The notes beneath the pieces were generated by a model that did no database searches, was not told the DNA's origin, and saw nothing but the letters and a program-made list of their open reading frames with translations. DNA of 64,000 nt from Minisyncoccota bacterium (GTDB lineage Bacteria; Patescibacteriota; Minisyncoccia; Phycocordibacterales; UBA9973), in assembly GCA_041663005.1 (NCBI GenBank), contig JBAZRK010000001.1:222734-286733 (forward strand). The letters are read 5' to 3'. Below, one piece after another: positions 40,130 to 50,385 of the stretch. Within the stretch, counting starts at the first letter, position 1; each line of letters opens with the position of its first letter. Both the position numbers and the translations under genes were made by a program.

Positions 40130-40750
40130 ATGGATGTCATAGACAAGCTGGCTGAAGTCTTCAAAGAGTTCCCGGGCATTGGCGAGCGCCAAGCTCGTAG
40201 GTTCGTGTATTTTCTAATGTCTAGGAACGGGACCTACGCGGACAATTTATCGAAGCTTATTTTAGAAGTTAAAAAAGAAGTGGCTCAGTGCCGGGAGTGT
40301 TTCCGTTTTTTTATTAAAATAGAGCACAACTCTTCTTCTGTCTGCGACATCTGCGCAAGTTCACAAACCGACTCCTCTACCTTACTTGTTGTCGAAAAAG
40401 ATTCAGACCTCGAAAGCGTGAAAAAGAGCCGAACATACCAAGGAAAATATTTCATCCTAGGCGGACTCGTCCCCATTGTCGAGAAAACAACCAAGAGTCG
40501 GATTCGCATAGAGGAACTCAAGAAAAAAATCGAGAAAGAAAACAAGAACGGACTCAAGGAAGTCATCCTCGCTTTCTCTGTGAGCCCTCAAGGCGACCAC
40601 ACGGATACTTACGTACGCGAGGAACTAGAATCACTAGTGAAACCGCTCGCGATTAAAATTTCTTCCCTAGGCAAAGGCCTGTCCACCGGCACCGAGCTCG
40701 AATACTCCGACAACGACACACTACGTAACGCCCTGCGAAACAGACAATAA
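40130..40750 (+). CDS. recR: Recombination protein RecR
   Basis: HhH region, C4 zinc finger CRECF...CDIC, Toprim region. Confidence 0.9.
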   Translation: MDVIDKLAEVFKEFPGIGERQARRFVYFLMSRNGTYADNLSKLILEVKKEVAQCRECFRFFIKIEHNSSSVCDICASSQTDSSTLLVVEKDSDLESVKKSRTYQGKYFILGGLVPIVEKTTKSRIRIEELKKKIEKENKNGLKEVILAFSVSPQGDHTDTYVREELESLVKPLAIKISSLGKGLSTGTELEYSDNDTLRNALRNRQ

Positions 40751-40753
40751 TTT

Positions 40754-41545
40754 ATGACTAAAAAAGACAAAGAAAATTTAATAAGAGCAGCACATTCAGG
40801 TGGCCGTGTCCTGCGGAAATATTTCGGCAAAACTTTGAACCCAGTAGAGAAATCCACCCTCTGGGATTTCCAAACCGAAGCCGACCTGGGCTCGGAAAAA
40901 GCCATCTTAAAAGTACTTAAAAAAGAATTTCCGAAATACAACATCCACGCCGAGGAAGAAGGCAAAACCGACAATGGGTCTGCTTACACTATCGTGGTAG
41001 ATCCACTCGACGGTACAAATAATTTTCTTCTTGGAATTCCTAATTTTTCTGTATCTATCGGATTACTTTATAAAGACACTCCAGTAGCGGGAATTATATA
41101 TCAACCTATCCTTAAACAAACCTTCTACGCAGAAAAAGGGAAAGGCGCTTGGCTTAATAATAAAAAAATCAGGGCTAGCGGCATAAGGAATAAAAATAAA
41201 ATTACAATAGCCTACTCTTGTGGGTACAAAACTTCTCGTTCCTATCTTGCAAAAATTCTTACCGCTTTTATTAATCACCCCCACAAACGATTAGCACTGA
41301 ATTGGTCGATGGCCAATGACTATTGCTTGTTAGCTTCTGGAAAAATTGAGTCTATGATTACCGACCCTGGTTGCCCCATCTACGATTACGCTGCAGGTAA
41401 ACTTATCGCACTTGAAGCTGGCGCAGTACTTACAGATTTAAATGGTAAAAAAGAAATAGGCTATTTAAACGATAATTTTCTCTTAAGTAATAACAAAGTC
41501 ATACACAACTACGTTCTTAAAATCTATAAGTCCGTGAACAAGTAA
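40754..41545 (+). CDS. Inositol monophosphatase-family protein
   Basis: VVDPLDGTNNF and WDYAAG motifs. Confidence 0.8.
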   Translation: MTKKDKENLIRAAHSGGRVLRKYFGKTLNPVEKSTLWDFQTEADLGSEKAILKVLKKEFPKYNIHAEEEGKTDNGSAYTIVVDPLDGTNNFLLGIPNFSVSIGLLYKDTPVAGIIYQPILKQTFYAEKGKGAWLNNKKIRASGIRNKNKITIAYSCGYKTSRSYLAKILTAFINHPHKRLALNWSMANDYCLLASGKIESMITDPGCPIYDYAAGKLIALEAGAVLTDLNGKKEIGYLNDNFLLSNNKVIHNYVLKIYKSVNK

Positions 41546-41572
41546 AAAATCCGCATTATGCGGATTTTTTAG
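41546..41572. terminator. Bidirectional intrinsic terminator shared by the IMPase gene (+) and rplU (-)
   Basis: aaaaa atccgca tta tgcggat ttttt. Confidence 0.7.
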
Positions 41573-41577
41573 TGTGT

Positions 41578-41913
41578 TTATTTTATCGAAGTAATCTTCA
41601 CTTTGAAGAATGGCTGGCGGTGGCCGTTGCGGCGTAGATAGCGGGACTTTTGCTTATATTTAACAACCAAGATTTTTCGAGCTCGGCCAATTTCAACGAT
41701 TTCTGCATCTACCTTGGCACCTGTAATATAAGGCGTACCTATGGTGGTGTCCTTGCCGTCATCTACGAGGAGCACCTTGTCGAAGGAGACTTTATCCCCT
41801 TTTTTGTACTCAGTTCCTTTTGTTTTGATTTTTTCAATCGAAAGGACGCCTCCAGTTGAGACCTTGTATTGTTTGCCCCCTGTTTGGATTACTGCAAATT
41901 CGTCTTTAGTCAT
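41578..41913 (-). CDS. rplU: 50S ribosomal protein L21
   Basis: FAVIQTGGKQYKV N-terminus. Confidence 0.9.
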   Translation of the reverse strand: MTKDEFAVIQTGGKQYKVSTGGVLSIEKIKTKGTEYKKGDKVSFDKVLLVDDGKDTTIGTPYITGAKVDAEIVEIGRARKILVVKYKQKSRYLRRNGHRQPFFKVKITSIK

Positions 41914-41970
41914 ACCGGCTTATATTACAAAAAATTGCTTAAAAAGGCAAGGGTTTGCTACAATATACCT

Positions 41971-42993
41971 ATGCAACCCAAAACCATAGAGAAATACTTT
42001 TTCTTCGGGCTCCTTTTAGCAACGCTTGTTTTCACCTTCTTTATCTTCCGGCCTTTCTGGATAACCATCATTTTAGGTATATCTTTTTCAATTGTCCTTC
42101 ATCCTATTTATGAATGGTTTGAGAGAAGGAAGTTGCCGAGCTGGTTTTCCTCCCTCGCGACCGTGCTTATCTTTGTAGTAATCCTCTGTGGCCCGCTTTT
42201 AGGTATCGGCGTCCTGGTATTAAACCAGAGCCAAGACGTATACCACGTCGTAGTGGAAAACGAAGGCTTGAAACCCTTTATGGCTTCAGTAGACAATACT
42301 GTAAATAAAATTCTTCCCCCGGGCGTAAACTTCGACATTAACGAAAAGGCAACAAGCTTCGTGTCCTATCTCGCAAGTAACATTACGAAAATTTTCAGTG
42401 CCACAGTTTCTGCTTTCTTCTCCTTTATCCTGATGCTCTTGATAATATTCTACTTCTTGAAGGACGGAGCTCGCTGGCGAAGGGCCGCAGTTATCCTCTC
42501 CCCGCTCGCCGACAAGGATGATGAGAAGATAATGCGCCGACTTGCTCGCGCCGTAAACGGCGTCATTAAAGGCTCACTTTTTATAGCTTTAATTCAGGGA
42601 ACAATGATGGGTATCGGTCTCTGGATTTTCGGAATTCCTAATCCGGCGCTCTGGGGCGTCGTGGCAGCAGTTTGCGCAATGATTCCCTCCATCGGGACCG
42701 CGCTCGTCTCTGTGCCAGCTATAATTTACCTTTTTAACTCTGGCGACAGTGTTTCTGCTGTTGGACTCTTGGCTTGGGCTACGGTAGCCGTGGGGTTAAT
42801 AGACAACTTCTTGTCACCTTACATTGTAGGTACGAAGATAAACATTCCTCCGCTCTTAATTTTGTTTTCGGTTCTCGGGGGCATTGCCTTCTTGGGTCCG
42901 GTAGGAATTCTCATAGGACCCCTGTCGGTCAGCTTGCTATATACACTCATTTCGATATACCGCAATGAATTTAAGGACAATGCAATTCTATAA
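41971..42993 (+). CDS. AI-2E (PerM/UPF0118) family transporter. The start is taken at the internal Met (MQPKTIEKYF...).
   Basis: The track ORF 41869.. begins antisense inside rplU. Eight TM segments plus the LKDG motif. Confidence 0.75.
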   Translation: MQPKTIEKYFFFGLLLATLVFTFFIFRPFWITIILGISFSIVLHPIYEWFERRKLPSWFSSLATVLIFVVILCGPLLGIGVLVLNQSQDVYHVVVENEGLKPFMASVDNTVNKILPPGVNFDINEKATSFVSYLASNITKIFSATVSAFFSFILMLLIIFYFLKDGARWRRAAVILSPLADKDDEKIMRRLARAVNGVIKGSLFIALIQGTMMGIGLWIFGIPNPALWGVVAAVCAMIPSIGTALVSVPAIIYLFNSGDSVSAVGLLAWATVAVGLIDNFLSPYIVGTKINIPPLLILFSVLGGIAFLGPVGILIGPLSVSLLYTLISIYRNEFKDNAIL

Positions 42994-44329
42994 CACCCTC
43001 ACGCGCACAAAGGAAGAATTCACACCAATAGACGAAAAGGAGGTCCGGGTATATTCCTGTGGGCCTACGGTCTACAACTTCCCTCACATCGGCAACTATC
43101 GCGCCTATATATTCGCGGATACTTTAAAGCGAGCTCTGCTTTATGCTGGATATAATGTTAAGCATATAATGAATTTGACCGACGTAGATGACAAGACGAT
43201 TCGCGACTCACAGAAAGAAGGTAAAACTTTGAAGGAATTTACGGAATTCTACACTGAGGAATTTTACAAAGATAGCAAAACCTTAAACATTTTGCCACCA
43301 GTAAAATTTACCAAGGCCACTGACTACATCGACGAAATGGTAAAAATTACGGAGAAATTATTAAACAAGGGTCTCGCCTATAAAAGCGATGACGGCTCTG
43401 TTTATTTCGATATCAAAAAATTTAAAAATTACGGAAAACTTTCCCATTTAGTTGTGGGCAAACAAAAAGATAACGCCTCCGGTAGAATAAAAACCGACGA
43501 GTATGACAAAGAAAACGCGCAGGACTTCGCCCTCTGGAAATCCTGGGACGAAAAAGATGGGGATGTGTTTTGGGAGACCTCATTAGGTAAAGGCCGCCCC
43601 GGTTGGCACATAGAGTGCTCGGCTATGTCTATGTCGAATCTCGGTGAAGAAATAGACTTGCACACCGGTGGCGTCGACAACATCTTCCCCCACCATGAAA
43701 ATGAGATTGCGCAGTCGGAAGGCGCAACCGGGAAGGACTTCGTCAAATACTGGATGCACAACGAATGGGTTCTGGTAGATCAGAAAAAAATGGCGAAAAG
43801 TTTTAAAAATTTCTACACCTTGCGAGACATTACTGAAAAAGGGATTAACCCGCTCGCTTACAGGTTCTGGCTTCTGATGGCAAACTACCGCACCAGAGTA
43901 AACTTCGTTTGGGAAGCCTTGGAAGGCGCGGAAACAGCCCTAAAACGCCTCTACGGGCTCTATTTAGGCCTAGGGAACGAGATTGGTGTCGTAAGCAATA
44001 AATACCGAGACGGGTTCAAAAAGTTCATAGGCGACGATCTGGACACACCGCGGGCCCTGACGCTCCTTTGGGACGTTTTCAAGGACGCAAACTTGTCCGA
44101 CGCCGACAAGAAAGCCACTGTACTAGATTTCGATAAAGTGCTGGGCCTCGGTTTCGAAAATCTGAAAGAAGAAATTATTCCTGAGAACGTGCAAGCACTA
44201 GCGCGAGAACGTGAACAATCGCGCAAAGATAAAGATTTCAAAAAATCCGACGAATTAAGAAAAGAAATAAATACCCTTGGGTACGAAGTGAAAGATACCA
44301 ACGACGGGCAGAAAATTTCTAAAATATAA
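42965..44329 (+). CDS. cysS: Cysteine--tRNA ligase
   Basis: CGPTVYNFPHIGN and KMAKS. Confidence 0.9.
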   Translation: MNLRTMQFYNTLTRTKEEFTPIDEKEVRVYSCGPTVYNFPHIGNYRAYIFADTLKRALLYAGYNVKHIMNLTDVDDKTIRDSQKEGKTLKEFTEFYTEEFYKDSKTLNILPPVKFTKATDYIDEMVKITEKLLNKGLAYKSDDGSVYFDIKKFKNYGKLSHLVVGKQKDNASGRIKTDEYDKENAQDFALWKSWDEKDGDVFWETSLGKGRPGWHIECSAMSMSNLGEEIDLHTGGVDNIFPHHENEIAQSEGATGKDFVKYWMHNEWVLVDQKKMAKSFKNFYTLRDITEKGINPLAYRFWLLMANYRTRVNFVWEALEGAETALKRLYGLYLGLGNEIGVVSNKYRDGFKKFIGDDLDTPRALTLLWDVFKDANLSDADKKATVLDFDKVLGLGFENLKEEIIPENVQALAREREQSRKDKDFKKSDELRKEINTLGYEVKDTNDGQKISKI

Positions 44330-44420
44330 TCTCAATCACGGCTGAGATGCTTAGTATACAATATATAATAGATTAAGGATTTTGAATCCCTAAGGACTTC
44401 CCTAGTGTAGTCCCTGGGGA

Positions 44421-45272
44421 TTACTTTCGGAATTTATAACCGATTAGTTTGAAGGCGAGCTTGGCTACGAGGAAATCATATGCGTGAAAACGTGGGATAG
44501 GGGCACATTCGGCAAAGTCGGCGCCAACTACATTTTTCTCGCGAGCTACCGCTTCGAAAATTTCCATCACCTGGTACCAAGTAAGCCCTCCGGGTTCTGG
44601 TGTACCTGTAGCGGGCATCACTGAAGAATCGAGCACATCCACATCAAAGGACAAATAAACATTTTTACCAAGCTGGCTTAAAATTTTCGGCAAGTCATAT
44701 TTATTTCCATAATTTACTTGTTCGTGATTTATATATTGCTGTTCCGAGAGAGCTGTGTTCCGAGTCCCAACCCATACAATATTCTTAATCCCCTGTTCCT
44801 GACATCGTCGCGCCGCGCAAGCATGAGACCATTTAGTGCCTCCCCATTCTTCGCGCATATCTGTGTGCGCATCAAAATACAAAATCGAAAGATCAGGGTA
44901 CTTTTCTTGATAAGCCTTCACAATTCCAGGAGTAAGAGAATGTTCGCCTCCTATACTTACGAGGAATTTATCGGTCCAGGGCTTTGCCGACGCATTTATC
45001 ATTTCTTGAATTTTTTCCAAATCTTCTTCGGGCTCCACGGGCACATATGGTAAGGTTGCTATTTTTACTTTTTCTATAAGCTCGTAGCCAAGCTCGTGGT
45101 CATAAATTTCCACTTGCTGAGAAGCTGTGATGATGCCCTTTGGACCGTTGCCAGTCCCCTTTCCGTAGCTCACGGTTTTCTCAAGTGGAATAGGCAAGAT
45201 TAAAGCATCCGCATCTTTGGGTAGTATTTCCGGTATTCCTAAAAAATTATCGGGTATATTTTCTTCGTTCAT
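44421..45272 (-). CDS. speB: Agmatinase/arginase-family ureohydrolase
   Basis: GGEHS, DAHTD and SFDVDVLD manganese-ligand motifs. Confidence 0.8.
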   Translation of the reverse strand: MNEENIPDNFLGIPEILPKDADALILPIPLEKTVSYGKGTGNGPKGIITASQQVEIYDHELGYELIEKVKIATLPYVPVEPEEDLEKIQEMINASAKPWTDKFLVSIGGEHSLTPGIVKAYQEKYPDLSILYFDAHTDMREEWGGTKWSHACAARRCQEQGIKNIVWVGTRNTALSEQQYINHEQVNYGNKYDLPKILSQLGKNVYLSFDVDVLDSSVMPATGTPEPGGLTWYQVMEIFEAVAREKNVVGADFAECAPIPRFHAYDFLVAKLAFKLIGYKFRK

Positions 45273-45280
45273 AATTGTGA

Positions 45281-45862
45281 TTATACCAGATTAAAAATCC
45301 TTTTGCGATATATGCAATAAATTATTATCAGGTTAACTAAAATTAAATAGGCACTGAAAGAATATATAGTAAAAATCCAATATCTAATAACTAATAAACC
45401 TAAAATGTTGCTGGCAATACCTGCCACATAAGGACCGATAGATTCAGTTTCGGGAAACTTCCACGTCTTAAGAATTGTCGGAATAGCTGCCAAACCATCA
45501 CTTAGTATTGCAAACACAATAGCTATTGAAAGGTTATGGGTGAAGATATATAAAAGCAAAGCAAAGAGAGAAAGTAAGCCACAATATATATCAAAAATTC
45601 TTATCTCCCAATACTTATTCTTTCGAAATAATGAGAACACAACTACCAAAAAAGGCCCGAAACCCGCGAGAAAAATAGGTATAATAGAAAGCCCCGCACC
45701 TGCTTTCAGCTGGAAAAATACACCTATAAAAGGAGGGAGCATCCATAGCACCCAAGAAACTAGATTAGGTCTTGTTGTCCCAAGCAAAACTTCCTTAAGG
45801 TAGAAAAAATACCCCACAAGAGTAATTGCAATCGATATATAAGCAAATTGTTCGGCTATCAT
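45281..45862 (-). CDS. Polytopic membrane protein (hypothetical)
   Basis: 193 aa, about 6 TM segments. Confidence 0.5.
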   Translation of the reverse strand: MIAEQFAYISIAITLVGYFFYLKEVLLGTTRPNLVSWVLWMLPPFIGVFFQLKAGAGLSIIPIFLAGFGPFLVVVFSLFRKNKYWEIRIFDIYCGLLSLFALLLYIFTHNLSIAIVFAILSDGLAAIPTILKTWKFPETESIGPYVAGIASNILGLLVIRYWIFTIYSFSAYLILVNLIIIYCIYRKRIFNLV

Positions 45863-45863
45863 T

Positions 45864-46937
45864 TTATATCCCCTCTTTTTTGAGCTCTTCTACTGTTTCG
45901 CGAGCTTTGCGAGAGAGCTTGGAAGGGAGTTTGATGTTTAGTTTGATTAGGAGGTCACCGCGTCTGGTCTTGCCTACAGGCACACCCTTGCCTCGAACTC
46001 GGAGAATTTCATTGATACTTACACCTTCGGGAATAGTGACTTCAATTTCGCCGTCTAAAGTTTTAATAGGGTATTTTGTACCGAGGAGCGCGTCGCTTAA
46101 TTTCAAATCTAGGTCCATCACTAAATCGTTGCCTTCCCTTTTGAAAACCGGGTGCGGAGCAACATTTATCTTAATGTATAAATCTCCTGCCGTACCGCGC
46201 GAAATAGCTTCCCCCATACCGGTCATTCGAATCATTTCTCCATCGCGGATGCCGGATGGAATAACGATTGAAACTTCCTCCTCTCGGCGCAAGACACCTT
46301 TGCCCTTGCACTGTTCGCAGACCTCTTTCGGAACCTCACCCGAGCCATAGCAAGCCTCGCAGATTTTAGTATTGGCGATAGTTCCAAAAATTGTTTTCTT
46401 GGCTTCACGGATATGCCCCTGTCCATTGCACTGTTTGCAGGTTTCCATTTTGGACCCTACCTTCGCGCCTGTCCCCTTGCAGACTAAGCAATTGGAAGTT
46501 TTGGTGATTAAAATTTTTCGATTGGTTCCGAAAACTGCATCCGAAAAAGAAATTTGAATTTCGGTTGAAATATCGCGTCCTCGGCGAGCAGCGTTTCGAT
46601 TCATTCCCCCAGAGAAGAAATCGCTGAAAATGTCGTTGAGGTCGAAGTCCATTCCGCCGTTCTGGAAACCACTGAAGTCGAACCCTCCGAAGCCTTGCGC
46701 CCCGCCGTAACCACCACCCCCCATATTTTCGTACCCGGAGCCAAATTGATCATACTTCGAACGCTTCTCTTCGTCAGAGAGAACCTGGTAGGCTTCATTC
46801 ACTTCTTTGAACTTCTGCTCGTTACCGCCCTTTTTATCAGGGTGATATTTGTGCGCCATTTTATAGAAGGCTTTTTTAACCTCTTCCTTGGTAGCGCCCT
46901 TATTTATACCTAAAATTTCATAGTAATCTTTTGCCAT
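45864..46937 (-). CDS. dnaJ: Chaperone DnaJ
   Basis: J domain [13 protein letters not shown] region, four CxxCxGxG repeats. Confidence 0.9.
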   Translation of the reverse strand: MAKDYYEILGINKGATKEEVKKAFYKMAHKYHPDKKGGNEQKFKEVNEAYQVLSDEEKRSKYDQFGSGYENMGGGGYGGAQGFGGFDFSGFQNGGMDFDLNDIFSDFFSGGMNRNAARRGRDISTEIQISFSDAVFGTNRKILITKTSNCLVCKGTGAKVGSKMETCKQCNGQGHIREAKKTIFGTIANTKICEACYGSGEVPKEVCEQCKGKGVLRREEEVSIVIPSGIRDGEMIRMTGMGEAISRGTAGDLYIKINVAPHPVFKREGNDLVMDLDLKLSDALLGTKYPIKTLDGEIEVTIPEGVSINEILRVRGKGVPVGKTRRGDLLIKLNIKLPSKLSRKARETVEELKKEGI

Positions 46938-46977
46938 AGTTTGTGTATTATACCCGCAGGTGAACTGGGGTCAAGTC

Positions 46978-48492
46978 CTATATCATCGGCTCGGCTTCGT
47001 GCGAGTTCTTGGCTTGGTGATCCGACTCTACCTGGTCGTAGGCTTCGTCTTCGGCCGTGGCATTTTCCGTGCCGTGAGTGTGACTTTTTGCTTTTCTTTC
47101 AATAATTGCCTTCTCCTCGGCGCTACGGATTATAGTTGCTTCTTCTTGGGCTATGAGTCGCGCAGCGGCGTCCTTAGGAATTGAATACTTGCGACGTGAA
47201 GCGGCAATTATCTCTTCTTGATACGACGGATGCGTCGGTGGCAATACACGCAAGGTCTCCGCCGAGAATGGATCGTAGGACTCTCCGTCGATTGTCATTT
47301 TGATATAAAATTCGGTCACCGCCAAGTTAATCATATCTTTAACATCGAAAAGGGGCGCGAACTCCGGCTTCATTTTGACTGCGTCTTCACCACCGATACG
47401 GAAAGTAATGATGCTTCCGCAATTTCCGAGCACCGCTTGGTGCACGCGAGTAATAATTTGACCGACGTACTGGTGCGCTACGGTAAGATTTAATCCATAT
47501 TTGCGAGCCTCAGAGAGAATGTTCTCGAAGGTTTGAGTCACAACGTTCTGGAACTCGTCCACGTATAGGTAAAAGTCTGTGCGGGCGGATTCATCCATCG
47601 AAGCGCGCTCCATCCCCGCTTGTTTAATCTTTGTCAGGAAAATAGAACCCAAGAATGAAGAATTTTCTTCACCTAGGCGCCCCTTCGAAATGTTAATGAG
47701 AACAATTTTTTTCTCATTCATCAACTTCGAAATATCAATCTTATTTTCCTTTTGTCCGAAAATATTGCGGAGCAACGGGTCTGACAGGAATTGCCCCAGC
47801 TTGTTGACCAGAGGAATGATGGCGTCCGTATCGAACTTCTCAGACCAGTCGGCGAATTCAATAGCGAAGAATCTCTTCACCATATCATCCGTAATGTATT
47901 CCACGACTTTCTGCCGGTAATTCCTGTCTGTCAGCATCGAAATCATCCCGCGCATCGTGGCGTGCGGGTAGTCGAGCAAGGCAAGACAGGTAAAGCGGAA
48001 CACGTGCTCGAGCCTAGGCGTCCAGTTGGCGCCGAATTGTTTCTGGAACACCTCGATCAATCCTTGGGTTAAAATAAATTTGAAAGCGGGATCAACGTTC
48101 GCCAGAGGGTTGAAGGATGCCGGATAATCCTTGTCAGTCGGGTCTATGATGCAGACATCGTCGATGCGATTTTTCGGCACGAAGTCAAGAATATTTTTAA
48201 ATTCGTCGCCGTGCGGGTCGATGAAGCATAGCCCGTGTCCATAATTTATATCCTGTCGAACTAGAAGCTCCAAGAGCTTCGACTTCCCCACCCCGGATTT
48301 TCCAATGATGTAGAGGTGTCTGCGGCGGTCGACGCGCTTGATACCGAAAATAAACTTTTTCTCTTCGAGTGAAGCGACATAGTTCGTACGACCGATGAAA
48401 GAAACTTCCGAAGGGTCAACTTTGCCGAAAACAGGCAGCTCCGGAGGCGGAGGTCCGTATTTTATTATTTGAACTCGATTTGGCTTAGGCAT
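46978..48492 (-). CDS. FtsK/HerA/VirD4-superfamily P-loop ATPase (paralog 1, soluble)
   Basis: Walker A GKSGVGKS, Walker B FYLYVDEFQN, ARKYGLNLTVAHQY. Confidence 0.7.
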   Translation of the reverse strand: MPKPNRVQIIKYGPPPPELPVFGKVDPSEVSFIGRTNYVASLEEKKFIFGIKRVDRRRHLYIIGKSGVGKSKLLELLVRQDINYGHGLCFIDPHGDEFKNILDFVPKNRIDDVCIIDPTDKDYPASFNPLANVDPAFKFILTQGLIEVFQKQFGANWTPRLEHVFRFTCLALLDYPHATMRGMISMLTDRNYRQKVVEYITDDMVKRFFAIEFADWSEKFDTDAIIPLVNKLGQFLSDPLLRNIFGQKENKIDISKLMNEKKIVLINISKGRLGEENSSFLGSIFLTKIKQAGMERASMDESARTDFYLYVDEFQNVVTQTFENILSEARKYGLNLTVAHQYVGQIITRVHQAVLGNCGSIITFRIGGEDAVKMKPEFAPLFDVKDMINLAVTEFYIKMTIDGESYDPFSAETLRVLPPTHPSYQEEIIAASRRKYSIPKDAAARLIAQEEATIIRSAEEKAIIERKAKSHTHGTENATAEDEAYDQVESDHQAKNSHEAEPMI

Positions 48493-48607
48493 TGATAGGT
48501 TATTTTATGGCGTAGTGAATTTTGGCGATGTTTATTAAAACGCGCCTGTCGCTTCGCCAAAATCTACTACCCCATTTTACCACAAATCCTAATAAACTTC
48601 CGCCTGA

Positions 48608-48646
48608 CCCGCCTCGACTCGCGTTGCTTCGTCGACGCGAGGCGGG
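48608..48646. other. GC-rich 9-bp-stem hairpin (cccgcctcg ... cgaggcggg) between Cys-rich gene A1 and the ATPase. No clean T-tract follows.
   Basis: Read directly. The inner part contains a SalI-type gtcgac palindrome. Confidence 0.35.
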
Positions 48647-48653
48647 TAACATT

Positions 48654-50378
48654 TTAGTAAACCTCTTGTTGGTAACAACGTTCACAATACACAATTTCCG
48701 GCCGCTCAGGCGCATAAGAAGTCTCAAATTCGACTTCACACTTCCCTTCGTGGTTAGGATGTTTTTTATCGCACATACATTCTCTGCGCCAAAGTCGGGG
48801 CGGATTGACCAACTTAAATCTCTCCTGGTGCCTGCATTCGAAACAGCTTCGGGGTACAGGTAAATTAAATTTTTTCAGGAATAAAAATTCGTTCTGGATA
48901 ATTTTATAGGGCCTTTTGCAAGTTTCACACTCAATGACATAATTGACTATATCATCACTTGTGTCGTGTATGTCCGGCGGTAAATCTTTCGTGGTGTGAG
49001 TTATGCGCTGCTCTGGTTGTTCACGTTCAATATAGTTGTACCCATTGCTTAAAATATCCGCTTTGGTCTGCGGAAAATAATCTTGCGCGATGGTCTCATT
49101 GTAGCCAAAAGGAGAAATATCAATAGGAAAATATTCGCCATATTTATAAATTCTTCCTTTTTTGTCTATATAGGGCATATCCTGCATATGCTTTATTATT
49201 TCTTCCCTGAGTTTTTCAAAATCGTCCTTGGAATATTCTTTGTTAAAAATGCAATAATTTTTATTGCGTAATCCGACACAGCCAAAAATATTATTGCACC
49301 CGTGGCAATTCAGGGAGTATTCCGCGTTCAGACATTCCCATATCGTCAATCCGAAAAGTTGCCGTGAGCCGTTTATGCCAGAATCCATTGCCTCGTATAG
49401 TAATTCTGTGCTGACCCCAACTCCATAGCCGTCGTAACTTGTATAAAGCCCGTGGACCGCATTGGTAGTAAATTTGCAGTCCTTTAGGTCTTCTGAGTCG
49501 AAACAATGATAAGAGTTTTTTGAATGAAGAATATTATCTCCTGAAACATTTGAAGAATTAAGAATGTTGGCAAACTTTCTCAAGCTTTTTAATCGGAGAC
49601 TTTCGAATTTTTTCTTGGCTTCTTTGAAACTCTCAAAATTCCCTATATTTAATTCGCTTAATTTTTTGAAATACTCGTCTTTTGTCAACTGCTCATTCCA
49701 CATGCAGTAAGATTTATTCCTGAGGTTGGTACAACCAAAACAATTTATGCAGTTTTTACAATCATATAAAAAGTAAGAACTGGTGCATGCTTCGGCGTTT
49801 TGTGAAAAGAAAGTTTCGTAACATTTCAAACTAGAAACATCTCCATAGGAAAACTGGCAATCTCTAGTAATAAACATGTCCATGGAGTCTTTGCAATTAT
49901 TGCACCGCGAGCCGTAAGTAACATTTTCGCCGTCCCAAGACGCGGAGACTAGATAAGCGTTCCTGAATTCACCTATATAATTACCGTATGAAGTATTGAC
50001 GCATTTCCCGATAAAAAGATTTGGATGCGGTACTTGCTCCATCAGGTCCCGAAATTGACCAAAAAATGGCTTAGAAAAGTCATACTCCCTTCCATATTCC
50101 GTAGGGTCCCACTGATCGCCCCACCAAATATCTCGTTCGTACACAATAAACGGAGAGTCGGCTGAAAAGCAACTTATGAGATTTTTCCCTGTCTTTCCGC
50201 ATTTATTGCGATGTAGCGTTCTTTCATTTCGCCAAGCCATCCTTCTTTGCATTCTACACTCCGGGCAAAATGTCGGCGGTGGGACCTTTATTTTTTCGTA
50301 AAAATTGAAATCCTCCGACTCGATTGTAAATTTACCGTTACAATTCTGACATATTACATTTTGTGATTTATACTCCAT
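48654..50378 (-). CDS. Cysteine-rich two-ribbon protein, subtype A, copy 1 (574 aa)
   Basis: N- and C-terminal CxxC-x~24-CxxCR zf-trcl-like ribbons (EDFNFYEKIKVPPPTFCPEC). Internal YDCKNCINCFGC..LRNKSYC repeats. Confidence 0.8.
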   Translation of the reverse strand: MEYKSQNVICQNCNGKFTIESEDFNFYEKIKVPPPTFCPECRMQRRMAWRNERTLHRNKCGKTGKNLISCFSADSPFIVYERDIWWGDQWDPTEYGREYDFSKPFFGQFRDLMEQVPHPNLFIGKCVNTSYGNYIGEFRNAYLVSASWDGENVTYGSRCNNCKDSMDMFITRDCQFSYGDVSSLKCYETFFSQNAEACTSSYFLYDCKNCINCFGCTNLRNKSYCMWNEQLTKDEYFKKLSELNIGNFESFKEAKKKFESLRLKSLRKFANILNSSNVSGDNILHSKNSYHCFDSEDLKDCKFTTNAVHGLYTSYDGYGVGVSTELLYEAMDSGINGSRQLFGLTIWECLNAEYSLNCHGCNNIFGCVGLRNKNYCIFNKEYSKDDFEKLREEIIKHMQDMPYIDKKGRIYKYGEYFPIDISPFGYNETIAQDYFPQTKADILSNGYNYIEREQPEQRITHTTKDLPPDIHDTSDDIVNYVIECETCKRPYKIIQNEFLFLKKFNLPVPRSCFECRHQERFKLVNPPRLWRRECMCDKKHPNHEGKCEVEFETSYAPERPEIVYCERCYQQEVY

Positions 50379-50385
50379 ATACTTT

